DNA of 64,000 bases from Chitinophagaceae bacterium (GCA_014879565.1 JACSRW010000038.1:1759-65758); one strand, 5' to 3'; positions 10,089 through 20,392 are shown, numbered from the stretch's first letter. Program-made: numbers and translations. The notes: generated by a model from the sequence alone, not told the origin.

Positions 10089-10123
10089 GGACTACCTGCC
10101 CGACGGGCAGGTAGTCCTTTTTT
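10089..10123 (+). terminator. Terminator whose stem is a REP-like palindrome
   Basis: GGACTACCTGCCCG-A-CGGGCAGGTAGTCC followed by TTTTTT. Confidence 0.8.
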
Positions 10124-10152
10124 ATTGCCAATTAGGGTTATTTTCGCAGCCC

Positions 10153-11352
10153 ATGTCATTCGCGGATATCATCGGTCAGCAGGCGGTAAAAAAACAATTG
10201 GTTGAACTGGTACAGCATAACCGGCTCAGTCATGCCCTGTTATTTCTGGGAAAAGAAGGCTGTGGCGCTCTGCCCCTGGCGCTGGCTTTTGCGCAGTATG
10301 TGGTATGTGAGAAAGCCAATCCCCGGCCGGCAGCAGCCGGTCCTTCCCTTTTCGGAGAAGAGATCCCTGCAGAAAAAATTGCGGCGGCTGATGCCTGCGG
10401 GGTTTGTCCGGCCTGCCTGAAGGCACAGCAACTGGTGCATCCCGATATTCATTACTCCTATCCCACCGTTACCAAAAAACCCGGCGAGAAACCCATTGCT
10501 ACGGATTTTATTACAGAGTGGCGGGAATTTATAAAACGGAATCCGTACGGCAATCTCTTTGACTGGATTGAGATGATCAAGGAAAAAGAAAACAGCCAGG
10601 GTAAGATTACCGCGCGGGAATGTGACGAGATCATCAAAAAACTCAGCCTGAAAAGTTTTGAAAGTGAATACAAGGTACTCGTGATGTGGATGCCGGAGGA
10701 GATGGACAAAGAGGGAAACAAATTGCTGAAAATAATTGAAGAACCACCGGCCAATACCCTGTTTATCCTCGTTACGGAAAATGAAGAGCTGGTTTTGCCC
10801 ACCATTGTCAGTCGTTGCCAGCTGATTAAAGTTCCCGCCCTGGATACCGCTGAAATAGCCGAAGCGCTGCAAACAAGAAATCATACCGATGCCGCTATTG
10901 CCCGGCAGGTAGCCGGATTAAGTGAGGGCAATTACCGCGAAGCCCTGCAATTGGTGCAGCATGCGGATGAAGATTGGCTGGTACAGGTTAGGGAATGGCT
11001 CAACGCCCTGATGAAAGGGGGGCCAAAGGCGGAAGTAGGCTGGGTGGAGGAAATGAGCAGGATGGGCCGGGAAAAACAGAAACAGTTTCTCCGGTATTTT
11101 ATCCACCTGATCCAGCAGGCCATCCATTACAGGCTGCTGGGAGAACAGGCCCTTATCGGGGATAAAGAAAAGGAGTTTGCCGTAAAACTGAACAAATACA
11201 CCGGGATTGAACAGCAGCAGGCCATCAGTGAAGAATTGGATAAAGCCAGTTATTTTATTGAGCGGAATGCCCATGGGAAAATCCTCTTCCACGCCCTGAC
11301 CCTTAAACTAAAGCACATTATTCAGGATAAGATTGTATTTTTGATGAATTGA
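10153..11352 (+). CDS. holB: DNA polymerase III subunit delta'
   Basis: HALLFLG, CGVCPAC, HPDIH, NKLLKIIEEPP and LPTIVSRCQ motifs. Confidence 0.93.
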   Translation: MSFADIIGQQAVKKQLVELVQHNRLSHALLFLGKEGCGALPLALAFAQYVVCEKANPRPAAAGPSLFGEEIPAEKIAAADACGVCPACLKAQQLVHPDIHYSYPTVTKKPGEKPIATDFITEWREFIKRNPYGNLFDWIEMIKEKENSQGKITARECDEIIKKLSLKSFESEYKVLVMWMPEEMDKEGNKLLKIIEEPPANTLFILVTENEELVLPTIVSRCQLIKVPALDTAEIAEALQTRNHTDAAIARQVAGLSEGNYREALQLVQHADEDWLVQVREWLNALMKGGPKAEVGWVEEMSRMGREKQKQFLRYFIHLIQQAIHYRLLGEQALIGDKEKEFAVKLNKYTGIEQQQAISEELDKASYFIERNAHGKILFHALTLKLKHIIQDKIVFLMN

Positions 11353-11552
11353 TATCGGAAAGAGGTGACCGAACCGGGAGAAATGGACATAAGTCCTTGA
11401 ATTTCAAATTGTATTTATTTTCTTCTTCAATATAGTTCGCCGGGTAGTGTAACCCGCTTTTTTTGAAATAACTATATCTGACAGTTTGTAATTCAGTACG
11501 GCCCCGTCTTCGTGTTTTTCCCCGTCCGTTTTCATAACCAGACAGTTAAACT

Positions 11553-12959
11553 ATGGGATGTACAGGTTGCAGCACAGCTAACGGCACCAAACCAAACGGG
11601 TGTAAAAGCAACGGCGGATGCAGTTCCGGCGGATGCAACCGTATGAATGCCTATGACTGGCTGCAGAATCTCCCCATTTCGGATTATGACAGTGCCTGCC
11701 GCGTGATTGAAGTCAGCTTCAGCCAGGGCACCCGCAAAGATTTTTTCCGCAATCCCAATCTCCAGCCTTTTGAGAAAGGAGACCTGATTGCCGTTGAAGG
11801 TGTCAGCGGATTTGATCTCGGGGAAGTCTCCCTTACCGGAGAGATTGTACGCCTCCAGATGAAAAAACGGGGTGTAAAGGAAGACAATCCCGAGATGAAA
11901 AAAGTGTTGCGGAAAGCAACGGACAGAGATATTGAAATCTGGAAACAGAATAAAGCCCGTGAACCGGAGGCCGTGATCCGCAGCCGGGCCATTGCCAAGC
12001 AACTTAAACTGGATATGAAGATCAGCCAGGTTGAGATGCAGGCGGATGGCCGGAAAGCCACTTTCTTCTATATCGCTGACGGCCGGGTGGATTTCCGCGA
12101 ACTGATAAAAGTATACGCCTCAGAATTCCGGGTAAAAGTGGAAATGCGTCAGATCGGCGCCCGCCAGGAAGCCGGTAAAGTCGGCGGAATCGGCAGTTGC
12201 GGCCGCGAGCTTTGCTGCAGTACCTGGCTCACTGATTTTAAATCAGTCAATACCGCAGCGGCCCGTTACCAGAATCTTTCGATTAATCAAACCAAACTCA
12301 GCGGACAGTGCGGACGGCTTAAATGCTGTCTGAACTATGAGCTGGATACCTACCTGGATGCCCTCCAGCATTTCCCGGAGCATTGTGATACCCTGCAGGT
12401 AGCCAAAGGCAATGCCTTCCTTATTAAAAAGGATATTTTCAAAAACCTGATGTGGTACACCCTGCCGGACAGTACCAAACAATATCCGCTCTCAATTGAT
12501 CGTGTTATAAAAATCAAAACCCTCAACAGACAGGGGGTTATACCCGATGAACTGGAGCCGGTGGAAGTAACCAGTTCAAAACCCAAGGAAGCCGAACCGG
12601 AAGCGGTAGAACTGGTGGGCCAGATCAGTCTGCGTACCCTGGAAAAGGCGGAGAAGAAAAAGAAACAGCAACGCCAGCAACAGCAGCGTCAGCAAAGAAG
12701 TCCGCAACAGGGACAAAAAGGGCAGCAGCAGGGCCAGCAGCAGCAAGGCCAACAGGCGCAGAGAGGAGGACCCCAAAGACCGGGCAATGCTCCGCAACAA
12801 AGAAGCGGTCAAGCCGGCCAGGGACAAAAAGGGCAGCAGCAACGCAGCGGTCAGTCAGGCCAGGGTAACCGGAATCCCCAGCAGCGTCCCGGACAGGGAG
12901 GCAGAGGCCCGCAAAGACCCAATCCTCCTAAAGAGCAGGGCAAAGAAAATCAGCAGTAA
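11553..12959 (+). CDS. ricT: PSP1/RicT (YaaT) family protein with Gln/Gly-rich C-terminal tail
   Basis: FYIADGRVDFRELIK, GGIGSCGRELCC and GQCGRLKCCLNYE motifs; follows holB. Confidence 0.92.
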   Translation: MGCTGCSTANGTKPNGCKSNGGCSSGGCNRMNAYDWLQNLPISDYDSACRVIEVSFSQGTRKDFFRNPNLQPFEKGDLIAVEGVSGFDLGEVSLTGEIVRLQMKKRGVKEDNPEMKKVLRKATDRDIEIWKQNKAREPEAVIRSRAIAKQLKLDMKISQVEMQADGRKATFFYIADGRVDFRELIKVYASEFRVKVEMRQIGARQEAGKVGGIGSCGRELCCSTWLTDFKSVNTAAARYQNLSINQTKLSGQCGRLKCCLNYELDTYLDALQHFPEHCDTLQVAKGNAFLIKKDIFKNLMWYTLPDSTKQYPLSIDRVIKIKTLNRQGVIPDELEPVEVTSSKPKEAEPEAVELVGQISLRTLEKAEKKKKQQRQQQQRQQRSPQQGQKGQQQGQQQQGQQAQRGGPQRPGNAPQQRSGQAGQGQKGQQQRSGQSGQGNRNPQQRPGQGGRGPQRPNPPKEQGKENQQ

Positions 12960-12970
12960 TTATTTCCGCA

Positions 12971-15889
12971 TCAACCAGCTCCCAGGGCGCGGTACAAAGC
13001 ATCCTGAATTTTTCCGCGTATCTGTAATTGAGAAAGTTTATTATTATTCCGCGTCGGGGTTACCCGGTTGGAAAGGAATATATAAACCAGTTCATACCGC
13101 GGATCTACCCATACACAGGTGCCGGTAAAACCGGTATGGCCGTAGGTGTCGGGGGAGGCAAGCAATGAGGGGTAGGGATCTTTCCGAATCGGGTTATCCT
13201 TTTCCGGTTTGTCAAAACCCAGTCCGCGCCGGCTGATCTTACTGTTATACGCGGTGAACAGGCGGATGGTTTCGGGCCGGAGATAACGAACCCCGTTAAA
13301 GCGGCCACCGTTCAGCAGCATCTGGTATAAAAGGGAAAGATCGTAGGCGCTGGAAAAAAGACCCGCGTGGCCCGCCACTCCCCCAAAAAAGGAGGCCCCT
13401 TCATCGTGTACATCTCCCTGAATTTTCTGCTGCCGGAAATAGGCATCTGTTTCGGTGGGAACAATGGCCGCAACCGGAAAACTCTTTCCGGGAGTAAAGC
13501 CAGTTGTAAACATCCCCATGGGCGCATAAAAGGTTTTGCGGACAAACTGATCCAGGTTCAATCCGCTGAGTTGTTCCACAATTTCTCCCAGGAAAATGAA
13601 GTCATTATCACTGTAAACATATTTCTCTGCCGGTCCCAGCGGACTGCTGAGGATACGCTGCCGGATACTGTCGCGCCAGTCATCCCGCAGGTACATTTTA
13701 TCCGCAACCCGGACGCTGAATCCCTTTTCCGGCCTGGTCGCATAGTAGCCGGGTTTTGGTTGCCCGTTTGCGTCCACCGTCTCTTTATAAAAAGCGATAA
13801 AGGGTACCAGACCCGCTTCATGCAGCAGGATGTCGCGGATTTTCAGTTTTTCTTTATTACTCCCCTTTACCCAGGGCAAATAATCTCCCAGGGTTCCGTC
13901 CAGCTTCAGTTTTCCCTGCTCATATAATTTCATAACAGCTACGGTGGTGGCAGAGACTTTGGTAACAGATGCCAGGTCATATATACTTTCTGCCCTCACC
14001 CTGGAAGAAGCCGGATCCGGCTCAAAATTCCCGAAAGCTTTATGATAAAGAATTTCTCCCTTATGAGCGGCCAGTACCACACAACCAGGAAAAGCCTGCT
14101 GCGCAAGGGCATCATTGACTATACTGTCAACCGATGCCAGGGCCAGGCGAACAGACTCACCGGTCAGGACTTTTTTTTTAGTAACAATACCGTCACCGAT
14201 ACGGAAACGGCAAACGGACACCGGCAGTACTCCCTGGGCGGGAATTTTCCCCTGCAGTAAATCAGCTGCGGTTAATTGAGTAATCGCATCATCCTGGTAA
14301 CAGGCCACCAGCGACCAGGCATCACAGAAATTTTTATTTGCCAGTACATTCCCGAAGGTGAACGTAATTGTCTTTATAAAATTGAGTTCTTTGTATAAAT
14401 GAAGCGCCGGCGCGGATATGCCGAAATTATCCATGGGTTTGTTGGAATAATTATGAACCCCCACAATGATCGCATCATATTTTCCGTCTTTTGGCAGGGC
14501 CGCGAGAATGGAATCGGCTTTGGCCGGACTATCCTTATAGGAAAACAAAAACACATCCGCTCCCATTTCCTGTTGCAGTCTTTTTCCGAAGGGTGGCAGT
14601 TCCCGCGCTCCGATTCCCACATAGGCGATTTTCTTTTGCTTCTCCGTCAGGGGCACCTGGGCATAATCATCACGGGAGGCTTTGCTGCCCGCATTACTCA
14701 GCAGGGTAATTCCTTTTTCGGCCACTTCCCGGCTGATGGCCGCGGTTTTGGCATTGAGATCGCGGAGCAGGTTATCCATACTGACCGGCTGGTAACGGTT
14801 CAGTCCCAGTTCGTATTTGGCGGCCAGTACTTTTCTGACCTTACTGTAAATCTCATCCCAGGTCAGCCGGTTCTCCGTTATGGCTTTTTTAATCGCTTCA
14901 ATGGATCCCTGAACGGATTCGGGGAGACAGAGCATATCGTTGCCCGCGATGATGGCTTCCACGGCGATGGTCCCCCCCGGAAAATATTTGGCCACACCTT
15001 TCATTTCCAGGGCATCGGTAAATGTGAGCCCGTTATAATGCAGGTTGTTGCGCAGCAGGTCGGTAACATTGTTCCGGGAAATGGATGTGGCTTTGTTTGC
15101 GGTATTGTCAATTGAAGGAATATAAAGATGGGCGATCATCACACTGCCCACACCGCTTTCGAAGATGGCTTTGAAAGGCACCAGTTCCATGGAGTCCAGT
15201 TGTTCCCGGCTCTTATTAATAACGGGCAAATCGTGATGAGAGTCCACATCCACATCGCCGTGACCGGGAAAATGCTTGGCACAGGCCATGATGCCCGCGT
15301 CCTGCATCCCCTTCATAATGGCCACGCCAAAAGCCGCCACTTTATTTTTGTCTTCCCCGAAGGAACGAAAACCGATTACCGGGTTATTGGGATTGTTATT
15401 GATATCCACCACAGGCGCATAATTAACATGCACCCCGATTCTTTTGCATTGTTCTCCGATCGCACGGCCCATCCGGTACACGAGGTTTTCCTCTTTTACT
15501 GCTCCGGTGGTAAGCTGGTAGGGGAAGCGATCCACACTGTCGAGCCGCATACCCAGCCCCCATTCCCCGTCAATAGTAACCATCAGCGGTGTTTGGGCAA
15601 TTTCCTGGTAGTAATTGGTAAGCTTAGCCTGGCGAACGGGCCCGCCCTGGAAGAAGCAGAGGGCGCCTACATTGTACTTTCTGATATCCTCTGCCACTTT
15701 GGCCACATGTTCCGGCCCCAGATTGGAGTGGGCGCGGATCACCATCAGCTGGGCAATACGCTGGTCATCGGTCAGGGAATTGAATACGCTGTCCACCCAT
15801 TTTGCCTGCGCATTCCGGTTATTCGGCTGGGCAGCGGCAAAAAAAGGAGCAAGCAGAAATAAAGGCAGGATCGTCTTAAGCAGGCGCAT
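12971..15889 (-). CDS. GH3 beta-N-acetylglucosaminidase fused to a serine hydrolase (beta-lactamase-like) domain
   Basis: KHFPGHGD..DSH GH3 motif; LASVTK (SxxK), YSD and GHTGFTGT motifs. Confidence 0.93.
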   Translation of the reverse strand: MRLLKTILPLFLLAPFFAAAQPNNRNAQAKWVDSVFNSLTDDQRIAQLMVIRAHSNLGPEHVAKVAEDIRKYNVGALCFFQGGPVRQAKLTNYYQEIAQTPLMVTIDGEWGLGMRLDSVDRFPYQLTTGAVKEENLVYRMGRAIGEQCKRIGVHVNYAPVVDINNNPNNPVIGFRSFGEDKNKVAAFGVAIMKGMQDAGIMACAKHFPGHGDVDVDSHHDLPVINKSREQLDSMELVPFKAIFESGVGSVMIAHLYIPSIDNTANKATSISRNNVTDLLRNNLHYNGLTFTDALEMKGVAKYFPGGTIAVEAIIAGNDMLCLPESVQGSIEAIKKAITENRLTWDEIYSKVRKVLAAKYELGLNRYQPVSMDNLLRDLNAKTAAISREVAEKGITLLSNAGSKASRDDYAQVPLTEKQKKIAYVGIGARELPPFGKRLQQEMGADVFLFSYKDSPAKADSILAALPKDGKYDAIIVGVHNYSNKPMDNFGISAPALHLYKELNFIKTITFTFGNVLANKNFCDAWSLVACYQDDAITQLTAADLLQGKIPAQGVLPVSVCRFRIGDGIVTKKKVLTGESVRLALASVDSIVNDALAQQAFPGCVVLAAHKGEILYHKAFGNFEPDPASSRVRAESIYDLASVTKVSATTVAVMKLYEQGKLKLDGTLGDYLPWVKGSNKEKLKIRDILLHEAGLVPFIAFYKETVDANGQPKPGYYATRPEKGFSVRVADKMYLRDDWRDSIRQRILSSPLGPAEKYVYSDNDFIFLGEIVEQLSGLNLDQFVRKTFYAPMGMFTTGFTPGKSFPVAAIVPTETDAYFRQQKIQGDVHDEGASFFGGVAGHAGLFSSAYDLSLLYQMLLNGGRFNGVRYLRPETIRLFTAYNSKISRRGLGFDKPEKDNPIRKDPYPSLLASPDTYGHTGFTGTCVWVDPRYELVYIFLSNRVTPTRNNNKLSQLQIRGKIQDALYRALGAG

Positions 15890-16006
15890 GTGTTGATTTG
15901 TTAGTATGAGGGAATTCGGTTTTTAAAATTAGTTGTTTTAGGGCAAAGCGACAGGCCGGCGGTCTTAAAAATGAAATGGTTATTTTTGCCGGCTAAACCG
16001 GATTTT

Positions 16007-17836
16007 GTGCCAGATAAGATTACCCTGTTACCGGATAATATTGCCAACCAGATAGCGGCGGGAGAAGTGATCCAGCGGCCGGCCAGTGCCGTGAAGGAAT
16101 TGCTGGAAAACGCCGTGGATGCCGGGGCTACCGAGATCCGGCTGATCATCAGCGATGCGGGCAAGGCCCTGGTACAGGTAATTGATAACGGCAGCGGCAT
16201 GAGTGAAACCGATGCCCGGATGTGTTTTGAGCGGCATGCTACCTCCAAAATCCGGCAGATTGAAGATCTTTTTCATATCCGTACCATGGGTTTCCGCGGA
16301 GAAGCGCTGGCTTCCATAGCCGCCGTGGCCCAGGTGGAATTAAAAACCAAAAGGGCGGAAGACAGTACCGGTACCTTTATTGAAGTGGACAACAGTATGG
16401 TGAGGCGGCAGGAGCCGGTAGCCATACCCGATGGCACCAGTATTGCCATGAAGAATTTATTCTTCAATGTACCCGCCCGCCGGAATTTCCTGAAAAGCAA
16501 TGCCGCTGAAATGCGGCATATCCTGGATGAGTTTACCCGGGTGGCCATGTCTTTCCCGGAAATTCATTTCAGCCTCACGGCCAATAATCAGCAACTTTTT
16601 CATCTTGAGGCCGGCAGTCTGAAACAGCGGATCGTGCAATTGCTCGGCAGCAACTATAACGCGAAACTCGTTACCGTAAAGGAAGAAACCGATTATCTGA
16701 ATATTTACGGCTTTGTGGGCAAGCCGGATACCGCCAAGAAAACAAGGGGGGATCAGTACTTCTTTGTCAATAACCGTTTTATCCGCAGCGCCTACCTCAA
16801 CCATGCGGTGATGAACGCCTATCAGCAGATGATACCGGCGGAAAGTTACCCGATGTATGTACTCTTTATTGACCTTGATCCGGCCGTAGTGGATGTGAAT
16901 GTGCATCCCACCAAACAGGAAATCAAGTTTGAGGATGAGAAAATCATTTATGCTTTTGTGCAGGCGGCGGTAAAACACGCGCTGGCCCAGTTCAGCGTCA
17001 CCCCTACGCTTGATTTTAACCTGGATGCTTCCATTCAGCACCTGCCTTCCATTCAACAGCCTTTTACGGATGAGAAAAAAACCGCGGTGGCAGCAGGTTC
17101 TATTTTCCGGGGATTTACACAAAAAAACCAGGCACATTTGATTGAGCCGGGTGAAGGAAGTCGGGAGTTTGGAGACGGGAGTCTGGTGACGGGAGTCGGG
17201 AGACGGGAGTTTAACGCACCAATTGCTTCACAACCCTCCTCCCCCGGCACAGCATCCTCTCCATTCAGCGCCGAAACTGAGATCAGCCAGCTGCTGAATA
17301 CCTATATCTGTCTGCCCTGGCAAAACGGTTTTCTGCTGCTGCACCAGCAATCGGCGCATGAGCGGGTGCTGTACGAACAAATGCAGGCGGCCAGCAAGGA
17401 ACGTCCGGTGGCCACCCAAAGAAGCATGTTTCCCTCCACTATGGAACTTACTCCGGCCGATGCGGCCATCATGGAAGAAATCATGGAGGATTTAAAATAC
17501 CTGGGATACATCATTGAACCATTCGGTCAGCATACCTATGTGATCCAGGGCACCCCCGCGGATGTGGAGGCGGGCAATGATAAACATATCATTGATATTT
17601 TATTGGAGCAATACAAACATTTCAGTCCGGAAGTAAAATTTTCCCGCCGTGAAAAACTGATCCGTTCGCTGGCCCGCCAGCAATCTATCAAGGCCGGCAC
17701 CCGTCTTACAGAAAGAGAAATGCGGCAACTGGTGCAGGATTTATTTGCCTGTGCCGCGCCCAATATTACCCCCGACGGGAATCCCACATTCCTGGAGTTT
17801 AAGAAGGAGCAACTGGAGCGGATGTTTGGGAGGTAG
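16007..17836 (+). CDS. mutL: DNA mismatch repair protein MutL
   Basis: NQIAAGEVIQRP, TMGFRGEAL and DVNVHPTK motifs; GTG start chosen downstream of a TATTTTTG promoter element. Confidence 0.98.
   Translation: MPDKITLLPDNIANQIAAGEVIQRPASAVKELLENAVDAGATEIRLIISDAGKALVQVIDNGSGMSETDARMCFERHATSKIRQIEDLFHIRTMGFRGEALASIAAVAQVELKTKRAEDSTGTFIEVDNSMVRRQEPVAIPDGTSIAMKNLFFNVPARRNFLKSNAAEMRHILDEFTRVAMSFPEIHFSLTANNQQLFHLEAGSLKQRIVQLLGSNYNAKLVTVKEETDYLNIYGFVGKPDTAKKTRGDQYFFVNNRFIRSAYLNHAVMNAYQQMIPAESYPMYVLFIDLDPAVVDVNVHPTKQEIKFEDEKIIYAFVQAAVKHALAQFSVTPTLDFNLDASIQHLPSIQQPFTDEKKTAVAAGSIFRGFTQKNQAHLIEPGEGSREFGDGSLVTGVGRREFNAPIASQPSSPGTASSPFSAETEISQLLNTYICLPWQNGFLLLHQQSAHERVLYEQMQAASKERPVATQRSMFPSTMELTPADAAIMEEIMEDLKYLGYIIEPFGQHTYVIQGTPADVEAGNDKHIIDILLEQYKHFSPEVKFSRREKLIRSLARQQSIKAGTRLTEREMRQLVQDLFACAAPNITPDGNPTFLEFKKEQLERMFGR
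17161..17209 (+). repeat. Seven heptamers (WCGGGAG-like) inside the mutL linker
   Basis: TCGGGAG TTTGGAG ACGGGAG TCTGGTG ACGGGAG TCGGGAG ACGGGAG. Confidence 0.85.
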
Positions 17837-17866
17837 TTGAAAAGTTAACAGGTTAGCAAGGGGTTG

Positions 17867-19261
17867 TCAGTATTTTTCGCGGAGGCCGGTTAAAAATTTT
17901 TCAATTGCTTTTCGCACGTCTGTGGCGGAAGACCGGTGATTGTTGACGAGAGTGGAGAAAAGCAGCAGTTTCCCTTTTTTTGTATACAGAAAACCGCTGA
18001 AAGCCACTACCCCGGAGAGGGTGCCTGTTTTCCCAAAAATAAATCCCGCGTCTTTTTTATAATAAGCACTGATAGTGCCTTCCCCGCCGGTGGGAAAAAT
18101 GGCTTTGATCCGTTCCATTCCGAATTCCTTCTCCATTTTATGCAGGATCATGACAAAGTCCTGCGGGGTAAACAGATTATACCGGCTGAGCCCGGAACCA
18201 TCCGCCCAGCGGGGCGCCTGTGGCAGGTCTTTAAAGTCAGTTTTTAAAATTGTATCTATGATGGCCGCATCATTCATAAAACCCAGCTTCTCATTACTCA
18301 CCATCAGCAGGGATTGTTCCGCAAAAAAATTATCTGAGCGGTGCATCAATGGTTTGAGCAGGGAATCGGTGGGCCGGGAGCAAATTTTCCGGAGATCTTT
18401 TGTCTGCAGTCCGGGCAGCACGCTGGCCTGGGGATTGAATTTTTCTCCCAGCAACTCCGACAGATAAAGCGGCAAAAAGGCATCAGGATTCTGTACCGGA
18501 ATCTCCTGGCCGGTAAATGCTGCCCGGGCATCATACATTACCAGCGTATTCATATCCGGAAGTCTTTTGATACGGAAATTCGTTGGCAGGTCTGCTTTTT
18601 TCCTGGATATGATATCCCGTCCCGAACCCGTTTCATCCCAGAGGGGAATCCTGTACATATCATCCTGCAGGTCGGGGCGGATGATCAGCGAATCGCGGGA
18701 ATCAAAAGCGACCGTGAATACGTTTCCGAACAGGGGCATCAGGGATCGTTCGGCCATGTAGTATTCGTTATAATCATTCCAGGACCAGCCGCTGCCGAAT
18801 TTCTCAAAATTGTCCTTCCCTGTATAGGCCAGGCGTATTTTTCCCTGGTTGTTACGGAGAAAATCCAGTACAGGTTGCTGTGCAAAATCTTTATGCAAAA
18901 AACCGGGATCACCGGCGGGAAAGATATCTGTTACCCCGTTTGCTGTCTGGTAACGCAGGCCCACCAGACTGTCACCCAGGTATTTCATGGCCGCGTAACA
19001 GGTCGCAATCTTTGTATTACTGGCCGGGACAAAATATTTATCCCCCTGGTAGTTATAGAGGTATTTGCCGGAAGCCGGGTCATAGATGCTGATGCCCACA
19101 TGGGCCGTTTGCAGAGCGGGAGCTTGCAGTACCCGGGCTTTGGCCGACCGCGCGATTCGCTGCTGAACGGAGCAGGAGCTGAGGAGAGTGGCAAAAATGA
19201 AAAGTGAAAAATAAAAATGCGTGCTGCAGAAGCGGTTTAACGAATGGGGTGTAGTACGCAT
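17867..19261 (-). CDS. dacB: D-Ala-D-Ala carboxypeptidase/endopeptidase (peptidase S13, PBP4)
   Basis: PASNTK (SxxK), SDN, DGSGLSRYN and KTGTL motifs. Confidence 0.92.
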   Translation of the reverse strand: MRTTPHSLNRFCSTHFYFSLFIFATLLSSCSVQQRIARSAKARVLQAPALQTAHVGISIYDPASGKYLYNYQGDKYFVPASNTKIATCYAAMKYLGDSLVGLRYQTANGVTDIFPAGDPGFLHKDFAQQPVLDFLRNNQGKIRLAYTGKDNFEKFGSGWSWNDYNEYYMAERSLMPLFGNVFTVAFDSRDSLIIRPDLQDDMYRIPLWDETGSGRDIISRKKADLPTNFRIKRLPDMNTLVMYDARAAFTGQEIPVQNPDAFLPLYLSELLGEKFNPQASVLPGLQTKDLRKICSRPTDSLLKPLMHRSDNFFAEQSLLMVSNEKLGFMNDAAIIDTILKTDFKDLPQAPRWADGSGLSRYNLFTPQDFVMILHKMEKEFGMERIKAIFPTGGEGTISAYYKKDAGFIFGKTGTLSGVVAFSGFLYTKKGKLLLFSTLVNNHRSSATDVRKAIEKFLTGLREKY

Positions 19262-19293
19262 TTTGACTTTTAAATTTTGACTTTAACTTTTAC
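19261..19293. repeat. T-rich heptamer tract
   Basis: TTTTGAC TTTTAAA TTTTGAC TTTAAC TTTTAC. Confidence 0.55.
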
Positions 19294-19303
19294 TGTTCCG
19301 GTC

Positions 19304-20350
19304 TTACAAAACCACTACCTGTCTTTTTTCAGCACTCAGCAGCGCCGCATCCAGGATACGCATATTCCGGATACCGTCGGCGGCCGGAACGGGATTGGGG
19401 CCCTGGCCGGTGAGGGCTTTGTATACATCATCATAATAGCCCATATAGTTCCCGGGTTCCGATGTGGTTTCTTTTCTGACGATTTCCCCGTTTATATCAG
19501 TATGCAGTAAGCCATCCGGGCTTGTGGGGGCGGGGCACCAGTTGTCAAAGGATGGAACCGTTCCTGCCTGCAGGGCGATCTCCTGCTGGTCGGACCGTTG
19601 TTGCAGGAAACTGCCCTTCATGCCATGTATCACATAGGCATATATGGATTCCCGCGCAATACAGGTGGCTTTAAGCCGTACCCGTTTTCCGGGATAATAA
19701 AAGAGGATTTCAAAGTAATCATTGGCCTGCACATCGGGCCGCATCCGCCAGTTGTCGGCAAATACCGCTTCGGGAAAACCAAATAGCTGAATAGCCTGGT
19801 CAACGAGGTGGGGAGAAAGGTCGTATATAATACCGGCGCCCGGCAGGTTTCCTTCTTTATGGGCCTTTCCGCCAAAGGCAGGCCGGTAGCGGTCGTAGCG
19901 GATCTCGGCTTCCCTGATATCGCCCAGTAATCCTTTATCCAGCACTTCTTTCACAGCGCGGAAATCGCCGTCATAGCGGCGGTTCTGGTAGACACTGATG
20001 AACAGTCCTTTTTTCTCAGCCAGGGCGGTAATCTCTTCTGCCTGAGCCGCCGTAACGGCAAAGGGTTTTTCAATAACCAGATTTTTGCCGGCATGCAGCG
20101 TCAGCAGGGCCTGTTCATAGTGCAGATGTGTGGGGGTGTTTACCACAATCAGTTCCAGGTCCGGGTCTGCACAGAGTTCCTCCACGCTGCGGTACAGCTT
20201 CGCATCCGGATACCGTTCTTTTGAATCCTGGTTATGTCTTTCCACAATGGCGGTCAGTTCGTACCCCGGATGGGCCTGCAGAAAAGGGGTGTGGAATAAC
20301 TTCCCGGACATGCCGTAAGAACAGATACCGGTTTTAAAAATTTTTGCCAT
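19304..20350 (-). CDS. Gfo/Idh/MocA family oxidoreductase
   Basis: GICSYGMSG, IEKP, YQNRRYD and GIIYDLSPH motifs. Confidence 0.93.
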   Translation of the reverse strand: MAKIFKTGICSYGMSGKLFHTPFLQAHPGYELTAIVERHNQDSKERYPDAKLYRSVEELCADPDLELIVVNTPTHLHYEQALLTLHAGKNLVIEKPFAVTAAQAEEITALAEKKGLFISVYQNRRYDGDFRAVKEVLDKGLLGDIREAEIRYDRYRPAFGGKAHKEGNLPGAGIIYDLSPHLVDQAIQLFGFPEAVFADNWRMRPDVQANDYFEILFYYPGKRVRLKATCIARESIYAYVIHGMKGSFLQQRSDQQEIALQAGTVPSFDNWCPAPTSPDGLLHTDINGEIVRKETTSEPGNYMGYYDDVYKALTGQGPNPVPAADGIRNMRILDAALLSAEKRQVVVL

Positions 20351-20392
20351 TATATCCCATTTAACTGGTCAATAAGAGTAGTTCCGGGTCGT

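Noticed and set aside
12971-14200. Acquired beta-lactamase resistance gene
   Set aside because: The serine-hydrolase domain is fused to GH3 in a common Bacteroidota cell-wall-recycling architecture, in core context.
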